Shown one piece after another: positions 6,789 through 16,270 of a stretch of DNA of 64,000 nucleotides (its first letter is position 1; each line of letters starts with the position of its first letter). A program made the translations under genes and the position numbers. The DNA comes from Anaerohalosphaeraceae bacterium (GTDB lineage Bacteria > Planctomycetota > Phycisphaerae > Sedimentisphaerales > Anaerohalosphaeraceae), in contig CAXXSL010000008.1 of assembly GCA_963675525.2 (NCBI GenBank), forward strand, positions 192,001 through 256,000. Direction: 5' to 3'. The notes beneath the pieces were generated by a model that saw only the letters and a program-made list of their open reading frames with translations, did no database searches and was not told the DNA's origin.

Positions 6789-9080
6789 ATGAAAACGCAA
6801 AAGACATTCCTGATTATTATGTTCATTGCCTGTATTTTTAACTGCCGCGCGGCTGTGTTCGATTTTGATGACGGCACCGTTCAGGGCTGGACAATGGAAG
6901 GGGCCTGGCGTGGAAACGGCGCAAGCTATACCGGCCCGTACAGCAACAATTTTGTATTTGGATGGAAAGACCCGGTTCAATATCCCGGGATTCCCGGCTG
7001 GGATGCCGTGGGAGATAATGAAGGCACGATGCAGATGTTTACCTTCGGCGGTCACGGTATTACCAGTGGTACCGGAGATTGGTGGATCATGCAGTTGCAT
7101 TCCCCGGATCTGACCAGTGACAGCCAGTGGCAGGGTGCAAGTGGATATTCAGTTGAGATTGCCGAATGTATGGCAGCATTTGTCCCCGATCTTTATGCAA
7201 ATCTTTGGGTAAAAGTGTATGATACGGACCTGGGAACAGACCGCTATTTTTACAACAATGAAGCTCAACTTTTAGATCATTGTGTTTACAATTCAGAAGC
7301 AGTGTGGAATCACCTGTCCTTTGACTGGTCCGGAGTACTGCCGGCCAATTATATTGTTCGTGAGGTGTTCATCAATATCTTCGGAAAAATCGGCAGTTAT
7401 TATGAAGGCGGTATTTATGTGGATCATGTGACGCCATTTGGTTCGCCTGTGCCTCCATCCAATCTTCAGGCTAATATTACCAGTCCACAGATTCATCTAA
7501 CCTGGGATGATAACTCCATCGACGAAGATGGTTTTAGGATTCAGTATAAAAGATGGAGTTTGATAGAACCGCCCGGATGGACAGATCTTGATACGGTAGG
7601 GCCGAATGTGCAATCGTATCAGGTTGATAATCCAACGTTGAATTACTATTATAAATTCCGGGTAAGCGCCTATAATACCTACGGTGATTCGACGTATTCC
7701 ACTTCGAATCAGGTAAAGATTTTGTATCAACTTTACTGGATTCATGTAAATGCTCCCAACGGGGGCGAAATACTGGCGGAAGGGGCAAATTATCCAATTA
7801 CCTGGACGTCGGGGATAGGGATTACAAACGTTCGTATTGATTACTCCACGGATGGCGGCAGCAACTGGATTGATCCACCGATTGTTGCTTCAACAGCTAA
7901 TGATGGATCGTATAACTGGACTGTTCCCAATACGTACAGTGATAATTGCATTCTCCGGATTTCGGATGCGTCAGATGGTTCACCTTATGATATTAGCAAC
8001 GAGCCATTTCAAATTGTACCGCCGGGCCCGGATTTGACGGTTGTGTCGCTTACTTGTGACGAACAAGGAACAGCCATTAAGGATAATGAACTACATTTTC
8101 ATTGCACGATAAAGAATCAGGGATCATTATCTTCCGGCTGGTTTTATATGTACTGGTATGCTGATGAAGAAACTCCTCCCGATCCCGGACAAATCGGCCA
8201 GCGAAACTGGTATATCCCCGGGGGTCTGATCCCGGGCGGTACGTACACGGTCGATTTTACTTATACTTATACCAGTCCTGATGTGAAGAAGATGTATGTT
8301 TTGGTGGATTCGACATTCGTATGCACTGAGGTCGATGAAGGGAACAATCTGCTGGGCCCGCAAGATATGGATGTGTATGAGTTTGAATTTATTGAAGACA
8401 ACGATGCGGCGTATAAGTGGTTCGGGGGGGATGACAATACCCCCAGAAATGTTGGCGGTGGGCAAAGCTTTGCACTGTCTCGCAGTGCTGAAGTCAAATA
8501 CGCCAGTTTTAAGTTCAGAGATGAATTTGACTATCACTACAGTCCAACCGGCTCGGGACATGCGGTCACGCTTGTACTGAATGTACGGGCCGAAAACGGA
8601 ACGATTGTTAAAACCGTCTCTGAAAATGTCCCTTCATCTTTCAATGGCGGATGGGTTTTCTTTGACCTGAATATGGACATGTGGGCCGATGAAACGTATT
8701 TATTTACCTGCTATCTGCAGGATGGCCACAGCAATGAATTGTCCAGCAGTCTCTGCGGCAGATCAGACGATCCATGGCCTAACAGCCAGGGATATTCAGC
8801 TGAAACTGATTCCAATCCCTTTGATATGGAAGATTGGAGTCATTGGAGTACCCACCCGTGGGATTTTAATTTCCGTCTGGCCGGTAACTACCATGATCTT
8901 GCAAAGGCAGACTTTACGCGAAATTATAAAGTGGATCTTGTGGATTTTAGTGAATTCGGTCTGCAATGGCTCAGGACAGATTGTGTCCTTCCGGGTTGGT
9001 GTGATCAAACGGACATGGACTACGACGGAAGCGTGGACATAATAGACCTAGACTCCTTTGTTTATTACTGGCTCTGGTAA
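6789..9080 (+). CDS. Secreted multidomain protein (FN3, PNGGE Ig-like, CARDB-like, C-terminal dockerin-like)
   Basis: Signal peptide; LTWDDNS..EDGFRI...YKFRVSAYN (FN3); APNGGE...ITW; PDLTV...E.DEGNN (CARDB); ADFTRNYKVDLVDF...DMDYDGSVDIIDL. Confidence 0.8.
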   Translation: MKTQKTFLIIMFIACIFNCRAAVFDFDDGTVQGWTMEGAWRGNGASYTGPYSNNFVFGWKDPVQYPGIPGWDAVGDNEGTMQMFTFGGHGITSGTGDWWIMQLHSPDLTSDSQWQGASGYSVEIAECMAAFVPDLYANLWVKVYDTDLGTDRYFYNNEAQLLDHCVYNSEAVWNHLSFDWSGVLPANYIVREVFINIFGKIGSYYEGGIYVDHVTPFGSPVPPSNLQANITSPQIHLTWDDNSIDEDGFRIQYKRWSLIEPPGWTDLDTVGPNVQSYQVDNPTLNYYYKFRVSAYNTYGDSTYSTSNQVKILYQLYWIHVNAPNGGEILAEGANYPITWTSGIGITNVRIDYSTDGGSNWIDPPIVASTANDGSYNWTVPNTYSDNCILRISDASDGSPYDISNEPFQIVPPGPDLTVVSLTCDEQGTAIKDNELHFHCTIKNQGSLSSGWFYMYWYADEETPPDPGQIGQRNWYIPGGLIPGGTYTVDFTYTYTSPDVKKMYVLVDSTFVCTEVDEGNNLLGPQDMDVYEFEFIEDNDAAYKWFGGDDNTPRNVGGGQSFALSRSAEVKYASFKFRDEFDYHYSPTGSGHAVTLVLNVRAENGTIVKTVSENVPSSFNGGWVFFDLNMDMWADETYLFTCYLQDGHSNELSSSLCGRSDDPWPNSQGYSAETDSNPFDMEDWSHWSTHPWDFNFRLAGNYHDLAKADFTRNYKVDLVDFSEFGLQWLRTDCVLPGWCDQTDMDYDGSVDIIDLDSFVYYWLW

Positions 9081-9102
9081 GATCCCCAACGTTTAAATCA
9101 AG

Positions 9103-9141
9103 GATAGCCCCGGGTTTCGCTTCGCTGCGTCCGGGGCTATC
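9103..9141. repeat. Palindromic hairpin GATAGCCCCGG...CCGGGGCTATC (REP-like or terminator)
   Basis: 11-bp perfect stem between convergent genes. Confidence 0.6.
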
Positions 9142-9201
9142 GTTATTCAAGCCCCCGTTCGACTTCGCTCAGGGCAGGCTCTTTTGGCTTGTGGAATTTC
9201 T

Positions 9202-9238
9202 CTGTTTAAACAGATTCCTCGGCTGCGCTCGGAATGAC
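9202..9238 (+). repeat. 37-bp dispersed repeat CTGTTTAAAYAGATTCCTCGGCTGCGCTCGGAATGAC, copy 1
   Basis: 36/37 identical to 12843-12879. Confidence 0.85.
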
Positions 9239-9261
9239 ATTTTTGGATCGCGGGGCACTTG

Positions 9262-9957
9262 CTACATCGTATATTTGACGGGGTCTTTTAGTCCGGCTTC
9301 GGCGAAGCCTTTGAGGCGGAGTTGGCAGGAATCGCATCGGCCGCAGGGTTTTCCATCTTCAGTGGGGTCGTAACAGCTATGGGTCAATGCATAATCGACA
9401 CCGATGGCGGTACCGGTTTGGATGATCTGTGCTTTGGACATTTGGATGATGGGCGTGTGGATGGTATAGCGACCCCTGCCTTCGGCGGCGGAGGCGGTGG
9501 CGAGATTGGCCATGGTTTCGAAAGAGGCGATATACTCGGGGCGGCAATCGGGATAGCCGCTGTAGTCGGTGGCATTGACGCCGATATAGATATCCCAGAC
9601 CCCCAGTACCTCGGCCCAGGCCAGTGCATAGCTGAGAAAGATCGTATTCCGCGCGGGGACATAGGTAACGGGAATCTCGGCGGTCATGTCGTTGCGGTCC
9701 TTGGGGACATCGATGGCGGCATCGGTCAGGGCCGAACCGCCGAAGGCTGCCAGATCGATCTCGACGATACGGTGTTCGGTCGCGCCCATCGCGGTGGCTA
9801 CCCGGCAGGCACAGGAAATTTCATGCGCATGCCGCTGGCCATAGCGGAAGGTCATGGCATAGGCGTCAAATCCATCGTTTTTTGCGATTGCCAGCGTGGT
9901 GGCCGAGTCCAGCCCCCCGCTGAGAAGAATAACTGCTTTATTTTTTGTTGTTTTCAT
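9262..9957 (-). CDS. queC: 7-cyano-7-deazaguanine synthase
   Basis: SGGLDS, YGQRH, TYVPARN, YPDCR, SCY...CGRCDSC. Confidence 0.96.
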   Translation of the reverse strand: MKTTKNKAVILLSGGLDSATTLAIAKNDGFDAYAMTFRYGQRHAHEISCACRVATAMGATEHRIVEIDLAAFGGSALTDAAIDVPKDRNDMTAEIPVTYVPARNTIFLSYALAWAEVLGVWDIYIGVNATDYSGYPDCRPEYIASFETMANLATASAAEGRGRYTIHTPIIQMSKAQIIQTGTAIGVDYALTHSCYDPTEDGKPCGRCDSCQLRLKGFAEAGLKDPVKYTM

Positions 9958-10015
9958 GTCATTTTCTCCATCAGCTTACCTTCGGCAAGAGGGTGCCACA
10001 CAATCGGGGCGTTTC

Positions 10016-10041
10016 ATTCGCATGGCTTGCGCCATGGCGTT
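10016..10041. repeat. 26-bp hairpin repeat ATTCGCAYGGCTYGCGCCRTGGCGTT, copy 1
   Basis: Second copy at 12923-12948 carries a compensatory stem change. Confidence 0.75.
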
Positions 10042-10127
10042 TTTATTTTTTGAATCCTTGCAAAAATCTCTGGTTTCGTTAATATTATGAGTAAAAGTAT
10101 ATCAGATTTCCCATTAAGGGCAACTAA

Positions 10128-10493
10128 ATGAGCGAAAAACCGCAACTTGATCTATTTGACAACCCCCGGCCGCAACGGGATTACACGATCACGATTCGCT
10201 GTCCGGAGTTTACGAGCGTCTGTCCGAAGACGGGTCAGCCGGATTTCGGCACGATTTTGATCGAATATATACCGGACAAGCTGTGTATTGAACTGAAAAG
10301 CCTGAAAATCTACATGCAAAGCTTTCGGGATCAGGGTATTTTTTACGAAATGCTGACCAATGATATTCTGGATGATCTGACGGGAGCCTGCCGGCCCCGT
10401 TGGATGCGAGTTACCTCAACATTCACGCCTCGCGGCGGCATTTCTACCGATGTCTGTGCAGAATATCAAGCGGAGAGTGTTGAGCAAGACTGA
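10128..10493 (+). CDS. queF: NADPH-dependent preQ0 reductase (unimodular QueF)
   Basis: [25 protein letters not shown]. Confidence 0.95.
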   Translation: MSEKPQLDLFDNPRPQRDYTITIRCPEFTSVCPKTGQPDFGTILIEYIPDKLCIELKSLKIYMQSFRDQGIFYEMLTNDILDDLTGACRPRWMRVTSTFTPRGGISTDVCAEYQAESVEQD

Positions 10494-10521
10494 AAACCAA
10501 GGTTAAGAGAGGGAACGAGCC

Positions 10522-11032
10522 ATGCCGATCAGTTTTAAATGCGAGTCATGTGACAAGAAGATCAAGGCCCCGGACAAAGCGGGCGGCAAATGGGGTAATT
10601 GCCCGTACTGTCAACACCGCTGTTATATCCCCCTGCCGAAATCGGATGACGAGCCGGAATTGGTGCTCGCCCCCATCGATGAAAATGAGTTGACGCAGAT
10701 GAACCAGCTCATGGAGGAAACGCATTCGCTGACACAGCGGATCCTGCATGAAGAGCGCGGTCATGGAAGAAGGCCCTGACATTTCGGCGGACAGCCATGC
10801 CGTGGCCGAAAGAGAAGTCATCAAACAGTGCATTCTCTACCTGCGGCAAATGGCTGACGGGGACCTGATGCCCGCTGAAAAAACGCTGGAGTTTTTGAAG
10901 CATAACAAAAAAACGGCGTTACGTATCCTGGCGGCGATCGCGCGTTCCGACCAACCGGAGCCGGAGTTGTCCGACATTCCCCCGCGCATCCTGCAGGGAT
11001 TGGTTCGGGACGCTTCAGGAAAGCTAAATTAA
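10522..11032 (+). CDS. Zinc-ribbon hypothetical protein, apparently split by a +1 frameshift near 10750
   Basis: CxxC...CPxC N-terminus (10522-10779) continues plausibly into the overlapping ORF 10748-11032. Confidence 0.55.
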
Positions 11033-11048
11033 CGACCGCCGGAGCGTA

Positions 11049-11993
11049 TTGAAAGAATTGACAACACAACCAGTCATCCGGGTTCAAGCTATCAGCAAGT
11101 ATTATGGTTCTCTAAAAGCCGTGGAGAATCTGTCTTTTGAGGTTTTCAGCAACACCTGTTTTGGTTTTCTGGGGCCGAACGGTGCCGGCAAAACCACATT
11201 GATGAAAATGATTTACGGGAGGTGCAGGCGAAGCGCCGGTGCAGACGGCGTGATGGATATTTTCGGATATGACCCGGTTGACGATGAACTGTCCATCAAA
11301 TACATGTGCGGCGTGGTTCCGCAGGAAGATAATCTCGACGAAGAGCTAAATGTCATTCAGAATTTGAAGCTGTTTGCGCGGTTTTATGACATTGACACCC
11401 CGGAGGCCATGCGGCGCATCGAGGAACTGCTGGACTTTCTGGAGTTGGCGGAAAAGCGAAACGCACCGATCCGTGATCTTTCCGGGGGGATGAAACGCCG
11501 ACTGGTGATTGCACGGGCGCTGCTGAATCAGCCGAAACTGCTTATTCTTGATGAACCGACGACGGGACTGGACCCGCAGGTGCGACACCTGATATGGGAC
11601 AAGCTTCGGCAGTTGAAAAACCAGGGAACCACCCTGCTGCTGACGACGCATTATATGGAAGAGGCATTTCAGTTGTGCGATAATCTGCTGATCATGCACA
11701 AGGGACAAAACATCATGCAGGGAGTCCCGAAAGAACTGCTGAAGGAGCATATTGAAGGTTATGTTCTCGAATTGATTGATGCTGAAGGCTCGGAAGAATT
11801 TTTGAAGCAGTCTTTGCCTTCGGACATCCGGGCCGATTCGGCGGGACAGACGGTACGCTTTTACTGCAATGAAATTGACAGTCTGAAAACAGTCGCCGAC
11901 CATCTCTCGACGGGCCAGTACTATCTGCGTCAATCGACGCTTGAAGATGTGTTTTTGAAAGCGACGGGACGGATGCTCAATGACCGACAATAA
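11049..11993 (+). CDS. ABC exporter ATP-binding protein (NodI-like)
   Basis: GPNGAGKTT, LSGGMKRR, LDEPTTGLDP, TTHYMEEA. Confidence 0.9.
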   Translation: MKELTTQPVIRVQAISKYYGSLKAVENLSFEVFSNTCFGFLGPNGAGKTTLMKMIYGRCRRSAGADGVMDIFGYDPVDDELSIKYMCGVVPQEDNLDEELNVIQNLKLFARFYDIDTPEAMRRIEELLDFLELAEKRNAPIRDLSGGMKRRLVIARALLNQPKLLILDEPTTGLDPQVRHLIWDKLRQLKNQGTTLLLTTHYMEEAFQLCDNLLIMHKGQNIMQGVPKELLKEHIEGYVLELIDAEGSEEFLKQSLPSDIRADSAGQTVRFYCNEIDSLKTVADHLSTGQYYLRQSTLEDVFLKATGRMLNDRQ

Positions 11994-12789
11994 AACACAG
12001 CACTATCCGGCTCTTTATAAACGCCTGTTCAGCGTCTGGTTCCGGCACATGCGGGTTTATTACCAGAATATTTTCAGCAACGCATTTCCGCCGTTTTTTG
12101 AGCCGCTAATATTCCTGGCCGGCGTCGGGCTGGGGCTGGGCAATTATATCGAGCCGATCAACGGGCGGCCTTATATTGATTTTCTGGCAATTGGGCTGTT
12201 GGTGACGTCGTCGATGTGGACGGCGTTTTTTGAATGCACGTTCGGGACGTTTATCCGGCTGGAATTTCAGAAAGTTTACGACGGGATTCTGGCGGCGCCG
12301 ATCACGGCCAATGATTTGATTGTCGGGGAGATTTTGTGGGCCGGGTCGAAGGGATTTTTCTTTTCGTTTGCGGTATTGGCGACGCTGTCAATTGTGTCGC
12401 TGATCCCAGCCGCCGGACTGAGTATCCCTCTGCCGAATGCGCTGGCGGCGCCGCTGGTCGGTTTTGTCAATGCGGTGATGTTCGCGTCGATGGCATTGCT
12501 GATTACGTCGTTTGTGAAAACCATCAATCATTTCAACTTTTTCATGACGGGGCTGATCTCGCCGATGTTCTTTTTTTCCGGCGTGGTGTTCCCGGTCAGT
12601 AACTTGCCAAAAGCGCTTCAGTTTGTCGCTGAACTGGTTCCGCTGACACATTCGGTGCGTATTCTGCGTTGTATCTGCGATGAAACTCTGTCGTGTACGC
12701 TCCTATGGGATGCGGGATATATTGTGGTCTTTACGCTGGTGATGAGCCTGCTGGCGATTCATCGGCTGAAGAAACGACTCATTAAATAA
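11980..12789 (+). CDS. ABC-2 type permease (NodJ-like)
   Basis: Six hydrophobic segments, FFSGVVFP, PLTH; overlaps the ATPase gene. Confidence 0.88.
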   Translation: MTDNKTQHYPALYKRLFSVWFRHMRVYYQNIFSNAFPPFFEPLIFLAGVGLGLGNYIEPINGRPYIDFLAIGLLVTSSMWTAFFECTFGTFIRLEFQKVYDGILAAPITANDLIVGEILWAGSKGFFFSFAVLATLSIVSLIPAAGLSIPLPNALAAPLVGFVNAVMFASMALLITSFVKTINHFNFFMTGLISPMFFFSGVVFPVSNLPKALQFVAELVPLTHSVRILRCICDETLSCTLLWDAGYIVVFTLVMSLLAIHRLKKRLIK

Positions 12790-12842
12790 ATCAAATGTCA
12801 AAATCTAAAATGCAAAATTTAGGTATCGCCTAACGGCGATGG

Positions 12843-12879
12843 CTGTTTAAATAGATTCCTCGGCTGCGCTCGGAATGAC
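12843..12879 (+). repeat. 37-bp dispersed repeat, copy 2
   Basis: Matches 9202-9238. Confidence 0.85.
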
Positions 12880-12922
12880 GGGATATAGGTCTTTGTTCAT
12901 TTAGTACAATACAGAGGGGCAT

Positions 12923-12948
12923 ATTCGCACGGCTCGCGCCGTGGCGTT
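12923..12948. repeat. 26-bp hairpin repeat, copy 2
   Basis: Matches 10016-10041. Confidence 0.75.
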
Positions 12949-12949
12949 C

Positions 12950-14092
12950 TTATTTTGAGAAAGCGGTGTCCCAGTCTTTCCAGACGGGTTCGTGGCCGTG
13001 GGCCTGGATGACTTTTGCCATTTCGTCGGGTGTTCGGTCATCGTCGATGGTGAACTGTTCGGCGGCCGTCTTATCGCTACTGTATCCGCCGGGGTTTGTT
13101 TTTGAGCCGGCGCTGAGGCGGGTGACGCAGATGTTTATCATGTGGTCGCGGAAGGTAGCGTTTTCGCGTGTGGACAATACAATCCCGGCGTCGGCAAAAC
13201 ACAATCTCAGGGCGAGCATCATCTGTACCATGTTTTTATCGGAGACCAGGTGCGGCCACTGGTCCTGTACGTTGGTGGCCGGACGAATACGGGGAAATGA
13301 AAAATCAATTTTCGCCCGCCAGTACTTCTTCACAAGGTATGCGGCGTGTTCGGCCAGAGCCAGTGTTTCGATGCGCCAGTCGGCCAGTCCCAACAGGAAG
13401 CCCAGTCCAAGATACCGCATGCCTGCGGCGGCGAAGCGGTCGGGGGTATCGAGGCGATTGTCATAATCGCGTTTGGGGCCAGCGATGTGATAGTGTGCAT
13501 ACACATCGCGGTCGTAGGTTTCCTGATAGAGAGCGACGCCGTCAATCCCGGCGGCAAAAAGCTGTGCGTATTCGGCCTGCGTAAGCGGGTAAATTTCGAT
13601 GGAAATTGACGAAAACTTCGCCCGCAGTTTTTTTGCCAGTTCGGCCAGATAGCCCACGGTGACAAATTTTCTATCCTCGCCGCTGACGAGCAGGATGTGG
13701 CGAAAACCTTCGGCGGCAATGACGTCGGCATCGGCGAGGGCCTGTTCGATTGACAGGCGGGTTCGATTTAATTTCGTTTCTGTATTGTAACCGCAGTATT
13801 GACAGCTATTGATGCAGACATTCGATACATAGAGGGGTGCATAGAGCTGGATGGTTCGTCCGAAACGCTGAACGGTCAACTGACGTGCCTGTTGGGCCAT
13901 GGGTTCGAGAAAGTCTTCGGCGGCGGGTGAAACCAGTGTGAGCAAGCGGTCGGGACTGAATCTGCCCGGGGGTTTGGACAGTTCCTGTTGAACCTGTTCG
14001 GGAGTGACAGACTGCATACGCTCTGTCCAGACATCACGATTTTGGTCGAGATGCTTTTCGGTAAGAATCGATTGTATGTTTTTATTAGCCAC
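12950..14092 (-). CDS. thiH: 2-iminoacetate synthase (radical SAM tyrosine lyase)
   Basis: YAPLYVSNVCINSCQYCGY, YQETY, LSTRE, SAGSKTNPGGY, WKDWD; in the thi operon. Confidence 0.95.
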   Translation of the reverse strand: MANKNIQSILTEKHLDQNRDVWTERMQSVTPEQVQQELSKPPGRFSPDRLLTLVSPAAEDFLEPMAQQARQLTVQRFGRTIQLYAPLYVSNVCINSCQYCGYNTETKLNRTRLSIEQALADADVIAAEGFRHILLVSGEDRKFVTVGYLAELAKKLRAKFSSISIEIYPLTQAEYAQLFAAGIDGVALYQETYDRDVYAHYHIAGPKRDYDNRLDTPDRFAAAGMRYLGLGFLLGLADWRIETLALAEHAAYLVKKYWRAKIDFSFPRIRPATNVQDQWPHLVSDKNMVQMMLALRLCFADAGIVLSTRENATFRDHMINICVTRLSAGSKTNPGGYSSDKTAAEQFTIDDDRTPDEMAKVIQAHGHEPVWKDWDTAFSK

Positions 14093-14140
14093 GAATTAAC
14101 ACGAATTTTCACAACTATTTTTTTTCATTATTTCCATACT

Positions 14141-14297
14141 TTCGCCCCTTCAGGGCTTAATTGGGAAACGAACTTCTCTCTCCGGATGCTCACGCATCCG
14201 GCTAATTGACTTACGTCCCTTCGGGACTCAGTAATCAGGATATCTAACTTGCCGGAGGTTAAAACCTCCGGCTATTCAATTATATCCCTTCGGGATT
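14141..14297. repeat. Cluster of REP-like hairpins (CCGG..CCGGCTA alternating with CCCTTCRGG)
   Basis: gccccttcagggc, ccggatgctcacgcatccggcta, gtcccttcgggac, gccggaggttaaaacctccggcta, atcccttcgggat. Confidence 0.7.
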
Positions 14298-14362
14298 AAA
14301 CCGGACACTTACGTTCCCGGCTCTGATTGTTAACTATTTCGGGCTTTTGTCTTCCGTGTTTT

Positions 14363-15145
14363 TTATTCTTCATTCCGCAGAAAACCGGTCAGGGGGCTGG
14401 AGGCACTGGCGGTTGTTTTTGGAGCCAGGCCAGTTTCATAGGCGATGCGTCCGGCTTCGACGGCCATTTTAAAGGCGCGTGCCATTTCGATGGGATCGGC
14501 CGCGGTGGCGATGGCGGTGTTGACCAGTACGGCATCGGCTCCCATTTCCATCGCTTCGGCGGCATGTGACGGCGCACCCAATCCGGCATCGACAACGACG
14601 GGCACTGTCGCCTGCTCGATGATGATCTCGATGGAGGCCCGCGTTTTCATTCCCTGATTGGAACCGATGGGGCTGGCCAGCGGCATGACGGTTGCGCAGC
14701 CGACGTCCTGCAACTTTTTGGCGAGGATGGGGTCGGCATGGATATACGGCAGGACGATGAAGCCGTCTTTGACCAATGCTTCGGCGGCCTTGAGTGTCTC
14801 GGTTCCATCGGGCAGGAGGTAATACGGATCGGGGGTGACTTCGAGCTTGACCCAGTTGATGCCGCTGGCGGCGCGTGCCAGGCGGGACAGGCGGATGGCT
14901 TCGTCGGCATCTCTTGCACCGGATGTATTCGGCAGCAGTTGGCACTTCTTGCGGTCGATGGCGGCCAGCATGTTGTCGTTTTCGTTTTCGATATCGACCC
15001 GGCGCAGGGCGACGGTGACCATTTGTGTTCCGGAGGCCTGGATCGCGCGGGCCATGATGTCATTGGAGGCAAATTTGCCTGTGCCGACAAACAGCCGGGA
15101 TGTGAATTCTCTGTCTGCTATTTTTAATGTGGTCATTTTACCCAA
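14363..15145 (-). CDS. thiG: Thiazole synthase
   Basis: [35 protein letters not shown]. Confidence 0.97.
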   Translation of the reverse strand: MGKMTTLKIADREFTSRLFVGTGKFASNDIMARAIQASGTQMVTVALRRVDIENENDNMLAAIDRKKCQLLPNTSGARDADEAIRLSRLARAASGINWVKLEVTPDPYYLLPDGTETLKAAEALVKDGFIVLPYIHADPILAKKLQDVGCATVMPLASPIGSNQGMKTRASIEIIIEQATVPVVVDAGLGAPSHAAEAMEMGADAVLVNTAIATAADPIEMARAFKMAVEAGRIAYETGLAPKTTASASSPLTGFLRNEE

Positions 15146-15176
15146 TATACAATATTACAATAATTAATTTACAATT

Positions 15177-15389
15177 TTATCCGCCGCCGACGAATCGTAT
15201 TAATTCAATCGCCTGACCTTCGGCGAGATTTGTCTGCGCGAAGTCCTCGCGTTCGACGATTTTTCCGTCAATCTCGGCGACGACGGTCGCGGCGTCAATT
15301 TTCAGGCTATCCAATAATTCGGACAACGTTGCGGGAAGACCTTTTTCAAATGTCTTTTCCTGTCCGTTTATTTTTAATATCGCACTCAC
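15177..15389 (-). CDS. thiS: Sulfur carrier protein ThiS
   Basis: 70 aa ending FVGGG. Confidence 0.95.
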   Translation of the reverse strand: MSAILKINGQEKTFEKGLPATLSELLDSLKIDAATVVAEIDGKIVEREDFAQTNLAEGQAIELIRFVGGG

Positions 15390-15997
15390 GTCGTGCTCCC
15401 TGCCAATTTTGTATGCAATTCATTAATCAAGATTTCGGCAATCGCATTGGCCTGATGATAGGCGGCGATGCCCACTCGCGGCGCGGTCAGCGGCACGCCG
15501 GGGCCAATTCCCGAAACCGTGTCACCAACCAGAATCAACCGGTCTGAAATCCGCTGCGTTATAATCTCATTGCTTCTGCCGTATCCTGCCAGTCCGCTGA
15601 CGGAAACAATGACCACGTCTTTCATTTTTGACAGCACGGTCTCGACGATCATCTGTTTTTGGTCGGCCCGGTCAAAACATTCGGCAATTACATGGGCTCC
15701 TTTGAAAATGTCCGGAATTTTTTCCGGGGTCAAACGAACCTTGCGGCCCTCTAAAATCGCATCCGGGTTGATGCGGCGGAGGTTTTCCAGCGAGGCATCC
15801 ACTTTGTGCTGCCCTACCTGATCGGCAAAATAATTCTGGCGGTTCAGGTTGCTTTCTTCGATCTGGTCAAAATCCACCAGAATGAGTTTGCCGACCCGCA
15901 GACGTGTCAGCGCAACGGCGACATTGGACCCCAAGCCGCCGAGACCTGCGATACCCACAACCGCGTTTTTCAATTCTAAAAATGTATGCGGTGTCAT
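15386..15997 (-). CDS. thiF: ThiS adenylyltransferase ThiF
   Basis: GLGGLGS, DFD..E.SNLNRQ, APRV; first gene of the thi operon. Confidence 0.92.
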   Translation of the reverse strand: MTPHTFLELKNAVVGIAGLGGLGSNVAVALTRLRVGKLILVDFDQIEESNLNRQNYFADQVGQHKVDASLENLRRINPDAILEGRKVRLTPEKIPDIFKGAHVIAECFDRADQKQMIVETVLSKMKDVVIVSVSGLAGYGRSNEIITQRISDRLILVGDTVSGIGPGVPLTAPRVGIAAYHQANAIAEILINELHTKLAGSTT

Positions 15998-16014
15998 GAT
16001 ACTTTCACCTGTTT

Positions 16015-16048
16015 AAAAAAAAGCCCCTGCCGGAACACGGACAGGGGC
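16015..16048 (-). terminator. Riboswitch-controlled intrinsic terminator
   Basis: GCCCCTG...CAGGGGC plus U8, between the aptamer and thiF. Confidence 0.8.
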
Positions 16049-16065
16049 GCATGTTTGTAACAAAC

Positions 16066-16164
16066 GTGCCTCCCTTCGCCGGCATTAACCGGATCAGGTT
16101 CAAAGGGTCCCGCATTCGACGCGAACTCTCAGCTTCGGGCACAAACCCGATGCTCCCCTGACAC
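16066..16164 (-). promoter_or_regulatory. TPP riboswitch
   Basis: Minus strand GGGGAG...GCTGAGA...CCCTTTGAACCTGATCCGGTTAATGCCGGCGAAGGGA, upstream of thiFSGH. Confidence 0.95.
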
Positions 16165-16270
16165 TCATCAATCTACGTTCTATCTTATGGGCGGGTCGGA
16201 AAAATGCAAGAATTTTATGGAAAACTCGAACGGTACACGGCTTAATCTACAGAATATGGCGTTTTTCAGG

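Noticed and set aside
9958..10127. preQ1 riboswitch or dpd-type DNA-modification system around queC/queF
   Set aside because: No preQ1 aptamer recognised and no dpdA/tgt paralogue nearby; consistent with ordinary queuosine synthesis.
9202..12879. Direct repeats as att sites of an integrated island
   Set aside because: No integrase; the enclosed genes look native; the repeat looks like a dispersed intergenic family.
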